Source: Candidatus Marinacidobacterales bacterium
Lineage (GTDB): Bacteria; Acidobacteriota; Vicinamibacteria; Marinacidobacterales; SMYC01
Length of the DNA stretch: 64,000 nucleotides
Assembly: GCA_965262245.1 (NCBI GenBank)
Contig: OZ253507.1
Span: forward strand, 8,796,911 to 8,860,910
Direction: 5' to 3'
Position numbers and translations under genes: made by a program
Notes under the pieces: model-generated
The model's input: the letters and a program-made list of their open reading frames with translations, nothing else
Database searches by the model: none
Told to the model about the DNA's origin: nothing
Shown here: in pieces, positions 31,701 through 39,973 of the stretch
Numbering within the stretch: the stretch's first letter is position 1
Layout of the letters: each line of letters begins with the position of its first letter

Positions 31701-32345
31701 TGCCTTTCTTGCCGTCACGGTCGTATCCGAGCTTGGCGATCGGACAACTCACACCCTCGAAGTAGCTTGAGGTTAGGTCATAGAGCGCGAGGCCGTCGTT
31801 TTGGAGATGGCGCGCCGCGAGTTTCTTTTCGATGACCTCCTGGCGTTCGAGAACCCAGTCCATGGCGGCATAGAGATCGTCTTCGTCGGCGTCGCTCACC
31901 CCAGGATTTCGGGCAGTGTGGTTGTGTGCCACCACAGGCTAGTCGCCAGCTTCGACTGCGGTTCGAGGATCCGCGCGGCTACCATGGCCATGACCAAATC
32001 CCGCTCTCGTGAGTGTCGAGAGCCAACGAGTTTTTCGAAACCGAGCTGTCTCATGGCGCTGAGCACCGCATCGACGTGGCCATGGAGCCGGGAGCCGTTC
32101 TCGACGATTTCGAAGGCGTCTTCGAGCGAAACGAGCTTCTCCCCTTTGAGAATGCGTTTAATGGCGTCGACTGCGTCCATGGGCAATTTGGACAAGTTAG
32201 CAAGCGTGCGCTTGCGGACGTTTCCACCCACCCGATAGGACTCACGCAGCAGGACGGCAGGCTTAGAGTTGCGATTGGGGATGATGTGGATATGCATGCC
32301 CACTATAATAGCATTAACAATGTTAATAACCTACGGCTATTCTAT
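28780..32345 (-). mobile_element. IS1634-family (IS4-superfamily) element. Its transposase lies in pieces 31896..32303, 31123..31935 and 28825..29619, interrupted by a nested IS5/IS1182-like element
   Basis: Pieces carry LYDLTSSYFEG.., ..VGDRGM.. and ..VRPIRHRRENRVRAHIFLCMLSYYV.. DDE modules in IS1634 order. The reading frame is continuous across the nested insertion once the insertion and one CTAG are removed. An AT-rich terminus lies at 32300-32400. Confidence 0.65.
29631..31132 (-). mobile_element. IS5-family (IS1182-like) element, ~1.5 kb, with 22-bp terminal inverted repeats and a CTAG target duplication; encodes an intact 478-aa transposase (29631..31067)
   Basis: The ends CTAGCAGCCCGGTGAAAAAGTC and GACTTTTTCAACGGGCTGCTAG are reverse complements at 21 of 22. 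The transposase has a DUF772-like N-terminus (YFRMLLIGYFERIDSERG..RQFLGL) and a C-terminal DDE (..ILKRLLTHVAGFNLGILMRNL). Confidence 0.75.
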
Positions 32346-32456
32346 TAATTACATGCCTATATATTGTCCGCCAAAATTAGCCCCCGACGTCCCTAAAGAC
32401 GCGTAATCATTGGGGATTCAAACAGTCAGTGGTTCTTTCGACCAGGGAACTTCAGA

Positions 32457-33356
32457 CTAGCTCCTGCTGAACGTCGCCTTGAGGATATAACCGGCAATGG
32501 CAGGATTCTTGCGCAGTCTCCGAAGCGAATACGGATACCAGTTGGGGCCGAACGAGACCGACACTCGGAGACGGTGTCCCGCGTCCAGAATGATGCGTCG
32601 GAGCTGGAGGTCGACGCCGTGCAGCATCTGGAACTCGTACTGTGAGGGCTGGAGCCCGAGGCGCTCGATGATCCGGTACGCGGCCCAGACGAGCTGCTCG
32701 TCATGGGTGGCGATACCAACGTAGCAGCCGGCGCTCAAGAGCTCGTCCAGGAGCATCACGTAGTTGTCCCTGATGATCTGCGGGTCCACGAAAGCGATCT
32801 CGCGAGGCTCGATGTAAATGCCTTTGCAAAGCCGCACGTTTGCCTTGACCTCCTGGAGCTTTCGCACATCGGCCAGGCTGCGCCGCATGCGTGACTGGAT
32901 GACCACCCCGGTGTTGTCGAACTCCTCCCTCAGCCGAAAGTAGGTGTCGAGTGTGGCGTCGATGCACGAGGAGTCCTCCATGTCCATGCGCACGAAGTTC
33001 TTTCGTTCGCGCGCATGAGTGAGGATCTGGAGCATGTTCTGGTAGCAGAACTCCTTGTCCAGCTTGAGCCCAAAGTGAGTGAGCTTGACGTGGATGTTGC
33101 TGTCGAGCTTCCTCTCCTCAATCTGGTCGAGGACTTGCTTGTAATCACGAACGGCTTCTTCCGACTCCTCCCGGCGGGTCACGAACTCGCCGAGAATGCC
33201 GGTAGTCACCATGAACCCGTCGCGGTTGAGCTTCTCGGTCTCCCGTATCTGGTCCTCGAGCCTCTCTCCGGCGATGTAGGGCCGGGCAAAGACCCGGACC
33301 AGCGGCTTGGGAACGACGGGCAGCGAGGTCGCGATGAGCTTGTCGAGGGCACTCAT
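32457..33356 (-). CDS. proline dehydrogenase family protein (PutA PRODH-domain-like, monofunctional)
   Basis: 299 aa; NIHVKLTHFGL, VRMDMEDSS and ATHDEQL match the Pro_dh family. Confidence 0.7.
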   Translation of the reverse strand: MSALDKLIATSLPVVPKPLVRVFARPYIAGERLEDQIRETEKLNRDGFMVTTGILGEFVTRREESEEAVRDYKQVLDQIEERKLDSNIHVKLTHFGLKLDKEFCYQNMLQILTHARERKNFVRMDMEDSSCIDATLDTYFRLREEFDNTGVVIQSRMRRSLADVRKLQEVKANVRLCKGIYIEPREIAFVDPQIIRDNYVMLLDELLSAGCYVGIATHDEQLVWAAYRIIERLGLQPSQYEFQMLHGVDLQLRRIILDAGHRLRVSVSFGPNWYPYSLRRLRKNPAIAGYILKATFSRS

Positions 33357-33366
33357 GACGAAAACC

Positions 33367-34555
33367 TCAATCCAGGTCGAGCCATTTCAGGATGCGGTAG
33401 CGTTGACCTCTCCGCCGGCTCATGATCTTCTCGATGATCTCGTCCGAGAGGATCATCGCCTCTTCCGAGAAGTCGCTGAAATAGCGCGCGGTATCCTGAA
33501 AATAGTCCGCGAACGCCAGCCGGTCCTCCTCGGAGAGGATAGTCGAGAGACGTATCGCCTGCTCGACGAAGCGTTCGCGGACAGTGCCGGAGAAGGGATT
33601 GCGCATGAGGATTTCCCGGTAGAGCTCGGGGCTTTGTGAGAAGAGCCGCCCCACCATCGAGACCTCGAGACGGTAGATGGGACTCATGAAGGCAAGTGTC
33701 TCCTCGAGAGACAGTCCCGACTCGCTCAGTGCGCGGCCCATCACCATGGTGCCGAAGTGGGTCATCACTTTGCACGATACCCATCATTCGATCGTGGGTC
33801 TCGGCGTCGGTGCGAATGAGCTCGGCTCCCATGCGCCCGAGCTCCGATTCCAGCCACCCCACCATCGGGCCGGGCGCGACCGGGCAGATCACGATCTTCT
33901 GGCGCCGGAACGAGCGGACCGTTGGCCCGAACATCGGGTGCATGCCGACACTCTCACCGGCGCCGTGCTCGGCGAGTGCCGCACAGACGCCCTTTTTCAG
34001 ACTGTTGATGTCGCACAAGAGGGCGTCCGAGCGCACCCGTGGTCCGAGCGCGGCGGTGACCGACTCCGCTTCGACCATCGGCACCGCCAACATGACGATG
34101 TCGGCTCGCTCGACCCTTGGAGCATCGAGAGGCTCTCCCTTCTCGAGAACATCGACCGGGTGAGCACGTCTCCGAAAGGCCTTTTCAAAGAGGCGCCCCA
34201 TCTTTCCGCGCCCGCCCACGATGAGCACTCGCCGGGTCTCCTCCGACGCCCGAGCCGATGCACTCTCTGTCTCGAGCTCTTCGTCCTCCTCCTGCAAGGT
34301 GTGCGACGCTTCGATGAGCACCGCCATGACCTCACGTACCACCGGTCTCGGCAAGCCCAGCTCGGCTCCGATGTCCTCGGCGCGCCGGAACACTGCGCGC
34401 TCCCGCGAGCGGTCGAAAGAATGCTTGCCCGAAAAGCGCTTAGCTTTCCGAACTTCCGCGACGAGCCGCATCCGCTCCTTGATGAGGTCGAAGAGCGCGC
34501 GGTCGACCCGGTCGAGCTCGTCCCGGATCGTGTCGAGGGATGGCTCCTCTTTCAT
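33367..34555 (-). CDS. tyrA: bifunctional chorismate mutase / prephenate dehydrogenase (TyrA-like), with one +1A indel near 33775
   Basis: N-terminal AroQ chorismate-mutase helix (LDTIRDELDRVDRALFDLIKERMRLVAEV), then a Rossmann fold (VLIVGGRGKMGRLF) and ..GMHPMFGP... The C-terminal third continues in ORF 33367..33768 (..MTHFGTMVMG..SPIYRLEVSMVGRLF..). Confidence 0.75.
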
Positions 34556-34712
34556 CTCGAGGACTGTAGCACGCGCGCCGATCGATCAGCTGATCCTCTC
34601 CAGTGGATCCGCAACACGGCCAGTCGCCATTTTGCGGTAGTGCGTCAGTTTGATTATTTTAGACCTTGATTTCTTGCCCGCACTCTGGCAGCGTTTGTCA
34701 CTTGGAGGTGAC

Positions 34713-34967
34713 ATGCCACGAGGACCGCAGAAACAATGGAGACCAGCAGGCACCGCCGAGTGTGCCGTCCACGTCATGAGGATCGCAACCGGCGAGCTCG
34801 ACGAGACGTTTGAGCCGCCCAGTAGAGATTCGGACCCGGACGCCAGCAAGCGCGCATCGGTGGCCGGCAAGGCTCGCGCCGCCAGCCTGACGCCAGAGCA
34901 GCGCTCAGAAATCGCACGGAAGGGTGGCAAGGCGAAGGCCAAGAGGAAGGCGGATGCTCCCGGCTAA
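34713..34967 (+). CDS. small basic hypothetical protein (~84 aa) with a KGG-like basic tail
   Basis: ..ASLTPEQRSEIARKGGKAKAKRK..; an ORF only, with weak resemblance to KGG stress-protein repeats. Confidence 0.3.
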   Translation: MPRGPQKQWRPAGTAECAVHVMRIATGELDETFEPPSRDSDPDASKRASVAGKARAASLTPEQRSEIARKGGKAKAKRKADAPG

Positions 34968-35040
34968 CAAAGCTTCGTGCTATATTTCTCCTGTGAGTCC
35001 GTGTCGAGTTGTTCGTCCGCTACCGAGGCTTCGGTCTGCC

Positions 35041-35286
35041 ATGCAGCAGACTTGCAAGATGTGCGGGCAGCCGGATAAGTTCGACTTCCAAGTTCCCGAC
35101 GAGTTGTGGCGGGAGGTCGTGCCTAAAGACTATCAAAGTCTTGCCGTTTGCCTATATTGCTTCGATGAAGAGGCCGCCGCGAAGGGTCTCGACTTCGCGG
35201 CGGCCTTGACCGAGCTCTGCTTCGTGGGCCGCTCTGCTTGCCTAGGCTTTCGGATATCCAGCATGGGAGGCGGCGCCACAGACTAA
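35041..35286 (+). CDS. small Cys-rich hypothetical protein (CxxC ... CxxC zinc-ribbon-like)
   Basis: MQQTCKMCGQPDKFDFQV..VCLYCFDEEAAAKG. Confidence 0.3.
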   Translation: MQQTCKMCGQPDKFDFQVPDELWREVVPKDYQSLAVCLYCFDEEAAAKGLDFAAALTELCFVGRSACLGFRISSMGGGATD

Positions 35287-35465
35287 TCGCAGATTTTGTC
35301 CTTATTCTCCTCCTTGCCTTGACATTGGTTGCAGAACTCGCCAGATGTTGGCTTGCTCCACTTATCTTCATAGTCGCGCTTCGGCCAATTTCCGCAATTG
35401 GTGCAGAAGTGCCAGGTATCGCTATCTTTGCGCCGTCGATAGTGTGGCCGTGCCATCCTCATCAC
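35283..35465 (-). CDS. small zinc-ribbon hypothetical protein (60 aa)
   Basis: ..HFCTNCGNWP..CNQCQG.., a CxxC-N20-CxxC arrangement. Confidence 0.3.
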   Translation of the reverse strand: MMRMARPHYRRRKDSDTWHFCTNCGNWPKRDYEDKWSKPTSGEFCNQCQGKEENKDKICD

Positions 35466-35483
35466 CTCCGTTCTTGTTGAGAG

Positions 35484-36032
35484 CTATGGGCTAGCGATTG
35501 AAAACTCTCGCCCCTCGGGCAGCAATGCTGGCGTGAGGGTAACGCGTACACCGTCAAATCCGGACAAACGTATTGCCCTTTGCTGAACGGTTCCATCCTT
35601 CTTGTCGGTGAATCCAGCTAGAAGCTGGAAATCGTCCCAATCTCCTGATTTGACATTGGTCCTTGCGGTAATTGAAATTGTTTGATCTGAGCCTGCGCCT
35701 ATATCGCTATAGCCTGCCGCCCTGATGTCGGCAGCGGTCAGCTCGTAACGCTCTACTTGTCTGCCTTGCTGGAAGTACGTAACCCGAAAAAAGTTCCAGG
35801 TTGCCGTGCCACCTCCAGTCTCTCGGATCCGTATCGGATACTTCACCGCTAGCCAGAATGTGCGGTTGATGCTGGGGTGTAGCGTAACAGTGCCGCTGCC
35901 AGTGAATTCCACTACAGCGGAGGGAGTCGGCGGAGGCGGTGTGGGCCTCGTTGGTGTCTTGTCGCCTCCATTCCCGCAACCGAAAAAAAGAATAAGTATG
36001 GCCACTCCGAATACAGCTTTCCGTCTGAACAT
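35484..36032 (-). CDS. hypothetical lipoprotein (~183 aa)
   Basis: MFRRKAVFGVAILILFFGCGNGG signal peptide with a lipobox; Pro/Thr-rich linker. Confidence 0.5.
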   Translation of the reverse strand: MFRRKAVFGVAILILFFGCGNGGDKTPTRPTPPPPTPSAVVEFTGSGTVTLHPSINRTFWLAVKYPIRIRETGGGTATWNFFRVTYFQQGRQVERYELTAADIRAAGYSDIGAGSDQTISITARTNVKSGDWDDFQLLAGFTDKKDGTVQQRAIRLSGFDGVRVTLTPALLPEGREFSIASP

Positions 36033-36263
36033 GGAACATCCTCCTGTGGTTTGGTCCCGGAGAATTGGTCGCCGGGCCAGTCGCCAAACAAGGCTGCACG
36101 TGGCGTGCAGGCTCCCGCTTATTCCCCCCACGCAAAAAGGTGTTGTATTTAGCGGGTGACCCGACGCTCGGGCCACGCACAACCTTGTTTGGCGGGAGTG
36201 AGATTACACCAACTTGCGCGCGCAAGTCGAGCGGAATCTTTGGACCTTTGGGCCATCCGAAAA

Positions 36264-36298
36264 GAGTTGACATTCCTGCTTGCGGAATATATACTTTT
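36264..36298 (+). promoter_or_regulatory. sigma70-like promoter candidate (TTGACA-N17-TATACT) ahead of the IS1-like transposase
   Basis: gagTTGACAttcctgcttgcggaataTATACTtttgattATG. Confidence 0.45.
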
Positions 36299-36302
36299 GA
36301 TT

Positions 36303-37181
36303 ATGAATAAGCTGCCGGTTGAGAAGCGAGCCACCATCCTCAAAATGTTGATGCATGGATCGTCCATACGGTCGATCAGCGAGATTATGGACGCGTCCGC
36401 CAACACGATCTCAAAGCTGCTGATCGATGCCGGAAAGGCTTGCTCTGCCTACCACGACGTGGCGGTCCGTAACGTGAGTTCGAAGCGCGTTCAGGTCGAT
36501 GAGATCTGGTCATTCACCTACGCGAAAGCGAAGAACGTCGCGCGGGCGAAGGCCGCTCCCGAGGGCGCAGGCGACACCTGGACGTGGACGGCGCTCGATG
36601 CCGACTCCAAGCTGATCGTCTCCTGGCTCGTTGGTGGGCGCGACGCCGGATACGCCACCGAGTTCATGCAGGACGTGGCTAGTCGTCTTGCCAACCGCGT
36701 GCAACTCACGAGCGACGGCCTCAATGTGTACCTCTCGGCCGTCGAGGATGCGTTCGGTGCGGATATCGACTACGCCATGCTGATCAAAAGCTACGGAGAC
36801 GCGCCGGAGGGCCAGCGGCGGTACAGCCCCGCCGTCTGCACCGGAACAACGAAGAAACCCGTCACCGGCGACCCCGACGATGCGCACATCAGCACCAGCT
36901 ACGTCGAGCGGCACAACCTGACGATGCGGATGGCGATGCGTCGGTTCACGCGGCTGACGAACGCTTTCTCGAAGAAGCTGGCGAACCATGAGCATAACGT
37001 CGCGCTCTACACCGTGTGGTACAACTTCTGCCGTATCCACCGGAGCCTTCGTGTCACTCCAGCGATGGAAGCCGGACTGGCCGACACTCCCTACGATGCC
37101 GAGTGGATCGTCGGACTGGTGGATGCGGCAGCGCCGAAGCCGCGTAAGCCAGGCCCGAAGGGGCCGCGCAAGAAAAAGTAG
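36303..37181 (+). CDS. IS1-family-like DDE transposase (single ORF with N-terminal HTH), 292 aa
   Basis: HTH (..SIRSISEIMDASANTISKLL..) then VQVDEIWSF..., ERHNLTMRMAMRRFTRLTNAFSKK and YNFCRIHRSLRVTPAMEAGL, typical of DDE_Tnp_IS1-type proteins. Confidence 0.6.
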   Translation: MNKLPVEKRATILKMLMHGSSIRSISEIMDASANTISKLLIDAGKACSAYHDVAVRNVSSKRVQVDEIWSFTYAKAKNVARAKAAPEGAGDTWTWTALDADSKLIVSWLVGGRDAGYATEFMQDVASRLANRVQLTSDGLNVYLSAVEDAFGADIDYAMLIKSYGDAPEGQRRYSPAVCTGTTKKPVTGDPDDAHISTSYVERHNLTMRMAMRRFTRLTNAFSKKLANHEHNVALYTVWYNFCRIHRSLRVTPAMEAGLADTPYDAEWIVGLVDAAAPKPRKPGPKGPRKKK

Positions 37182-37184
37182 GGG

Positions 37185-37598
37185 TTAGAAGAACAGAGTC
37201 TCAAGTGCTTTTCGGATGACCTGCCAGCGAAGATATTCACCATCGTAGGTTCCATCTTCACCTTTCGCCATTTTGTATCGGCAGTCTCCGTCGGCGTTTA
37301 AAGTGAGAGATGCTCGGAATATCTCATTCTCGACGTTGTCTTGGACCAGGATATGGCTCGGGTTGAGCATGAAATAAACCGAGCTTGAGTTCTTTGGATT
37401 GTAATGAGCTGTGACATAGAACATCCGATCCTTCTCCCGCTCACTAAAGTTGAAGTGGAGGCTGCCACCATTGCTAACCAGCTTATTACGGGCGACAATA
37501 TCTTCCTTGACTGCGGCCTTTATCCTCTCGAACTGAACCGCAAGCGAGCACTCGGCTCTGACCGTTACCCAATCGAAGCCGTGGTCCTTCGGGCTCAT
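37185..37598 (-). CDS. hypothetical protein (137 aa) in a locally lower-GC patch next to the IS1-like gene
   Basis: ORF with a coding-like composition; no motif recognised. Confidence 0.35.
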   Translation of the reverse strand: MSPKDHGFDWVTVRAECSLAVQFERIKAAVKEDIVARNKLVSNGGSLHFNFSEREKDRMFYVTAHYNPKNSSSVYFMLNPSHILVQDNVENEIFRASLTLNADGDCRYKMAKGEDGTYDGEYLRWQVIRKALETLFF

Positions 37599-37828
37599 TC
37601 AAAATCCTCCCAGGCGCAGGTTAGCAGCGCAGGCGGAAATAATCAAACTGATGCAGTACCCATTTTGCGGTCTGCTTGACATTCCCGAGGGCACCATGTA
37701 AATAGCAGTGTGAATCCGTTCGGCGGCCCGATGAAAATCTTCAGACACACATATGCCGGCCAATCTCCTCGTTCGAAAAACCGCTGAACGCACGCACTCC
37801 GTTCGGCCGGCGTACTCGGAACGACGAC

Positions 37829-39973
37829 GTGGACGTTGGAGGGAAGGCAGTCATGGAAAACGTTTCTCGGAACCCGATGACCCGGCATGCACTCGTCCCG
37901 GGACTCCTCTGCCTGACCTTGGCCGCGGGTCCAACGATCGGATCCGGCGCATCACCTGCGGGCCTTCAGGAGGGAAAGCCCGCGTCCGTAGAGGTCGACC
38001 CGCCGGAGCTGGAGCTCGAGGTCGGCGAGACGATCCAGCTTCGAGCCGTCGTGAAAGACGCACGGGGAACCGTCCTGCCGGGAGCCCAGGTGGTTTTTTT
38101 CTCCGGATCGCGCTCGTCGGTGGGAGTGACTCCCTCGGGAATGGTGGAGGCCTATCAGCCCGGCGAGCACGAGCTCACCGCCCTGTCCCCCGCTGAATCT
38201 TTCGAGGGAGAGCCCGATAGCTACAGTCGACGCGATAGCGGGATTCGGACCACGATCAAAGTGAAGGTCCCGGTGCCGCCTTTGGCCCGGCTGGATTTCG
38301 TCGATTTGCCCGCGACGCTCTATGCCGGAACCACGGTGCCGGTCGAGGTGAGTGCAACCGATGTGAGCGGGACCACCCGCGGGGACATTGAATCCGTTTT
38401 GAGCGTCAGCGACACCAGCGTCGCCCGGGCCGGCGTGGGCGAGGTTACCGCCTTGAGACCCGGGAAAGTGAAGCTCGAAGCCCGAGCGGAACGGGTCACG
38501 GCCAACTTCGAGCTGACCGTACGAGAGAATCCGGTTCGCTCACTCGAGCTCGAGGCCTCCCGCGAGGAAGGACGCACCGGGGACGTGATCCACTTCGAGA
38601 CGACCGCGAAGGACGAGAGGGGACGGCCGGTCGCCGACGCTCCAGTCACTTACACCCTGCTGGCCCGGCCGGACCCCAATCGCGCCGAAACCGTCGGTGC
38701 TGGAGCACCGGCACAAGTGGCCGACGACGGTCGCTTCGTGGCCGAGCAGCCGGGAATCTACACCGTGATTGCGATGTCGGGCCCGCACTTAGCCCGACGG
38801 AGCGTTCGGATCACCCCGCGCGACGTTCAGCGAAAGATCGAGCTGGTCGGCCATGCGCCCGTCGGGGACCGGGTGACCTCGGATCTCTGGGTCTGGGAGG
38901 GGGTCGACGGCCGAGATTACGCGGTTCACGGCACTTGGAACGCGGGGGGTCACGCGTATTTCTACGACGTCACCGACCCCTCCAACATGCAGCGCATCGA
39001 TATCATCCAAGTCGACGCCCGGACCGTCAACGACGTAAAGGTCTCCGAGGACGGACGCATCTGCGTCATCAGCCGCGAGGGGGCTTCGAACCGGCGCAAC
39101 GGCATCGTGATTCTAGACGTGAGCGATCCTCGAAACGTGCGCATTCTCTCTCAGTTCGACGAGCAGTTGACAGGAGGCGTGCACAACGTGTTCATTCACG
39201 ACAAACACGTTTACGCGGTCAATAACGGGCGTCGCTGGGACGTCATCAACGTCGAAGACCCCACCAAGCCCCAGCGGGTCTCTCGTTTCGAGTCCACGAC
39301 GCCGGGCCACGCCATCCACGACGTCTGGGTGCGCGACGGTATCGTTTACCAGGCGGGGCGGACCGACGGCCTGGTCATGATCGACGTCGGCGGCGGGGGC
39401 AAGGGCGGCTCTCCGACGAACCCGGTGGAGATGGGCCGCCTGGGACAGCTCACCGGATGGAATCACTCGGTGTGGCCGTTCCAGAGCAAGTCCGCCGGCA
39501 AGTTCTATATCGCCGGCGGCGACGAAGCCTTCTGGGACAACCCTCTGGCGCCCGGCGTTGGCATTAGCTGGCAGGAACGGATACCCTCGTATGCGAAGGG
39601 CTGGATTCACTTCGCGGAGTTCGACGACCCGAAGAACCCGCGGGAGGTGGCCCGCTATCAAGTCCCCGAATCGGGTCCACATAACTACTGGATAGACTGG
39701 GAAGAGGAGATCCTGTACGTCGCCCACTTCGACGCTGGCCTTCGCGTCGTCGACATCTCCGGAGAGCTGATGGGCGATCTCTATCGGCAAGGGCGTGAGA
39801 TCGCCAAGTTCTACTCCGACGATTCCAAGGGGTTCATACCGAACGCGCCTTTCGCTTGGGGACCGCAACCGCACAAGGGCACCATCTTCTTCACCGACCT
39901 CTACAGCGGGCTTTGGGCAGTCCGGCTGCTTCCCAAGGAAGATTCGGAAGCGGAAACGACGAGCATGCGATGA
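37829..39973 (+). CDS. secreted surface protein: N-terminal bacterial Ig-like (Big_2) domains plus a C-terminal LVIVD-repeat beta-propeller (~714 aa). The true start is probably an internal Met preceding the signal peptide
   Basis: Signal peptide. Big_2-like ..VEVDPPELELEVGETIQLRAVVKDARGTVLPGAQVVFFSG..; LVIVD-type repeats (GIVILDVSDP, GLVMIDVG, GLRVVDISG). Confidence 0.7.
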   Translation: MDVGGKAVMENVSRNPMTRHALVPGLLCLTLAAGPTIGSGASPAGLQEGKPASVEVDPPELELEVGETIQLRAVVKDARGTVLPGAQVVFFSGSRSSVGVTPSGMVEAYQPGEHELTALSPAESFEGEPDSYSRRDSGIRTTIKVKVPVPPLARLDFVDLPATLYAGTTVPVEVSATDVSGTTRGDIESVLSVSDTSVARAGVGEVTALRPGKVKLEARAERVTANFELTVRENPVRSLELEASREEGRTGDVIHFETTAKDERGRPVADAPVTYTLLARPDPNRAETVGAGAPAQVADDGRFVAEQPGIYTVIAMSGPHLARRSVRITPRDVQRKIELVGHAPVGDRVTSDLWVWEGVDGRDYAVHGTWNAGGHAYFYDVTDPSNMQRIDIIQVDARTVNDVKVSEDGRICVISREGASNRRNGIVILDVSDPRNVRILSQFDEQLTGGVHNVFIHDKHVYAVNNGRRWDVINVEDPTKPQRVSRFESTTPGHAIHDVWVRDGIVYQAGRTDGLVMIDVGGGGKGGSPTNPVEMGRLGQLTGWNHSVWPFQSKSAGKFYIAGGDEAFWDNPLAPGVGISWQERIPSYAKGWIHFAEFDDPKNPREVARYQVPESGPHNYWIDWEEEILYVAHFDAGLRVVDISGELMGDLYRQGREIAKFYSDDSKGFIPNAPFAWGPQPHKGTIFFTDLYSGLWAVRLLPKEDSEAETTSMR

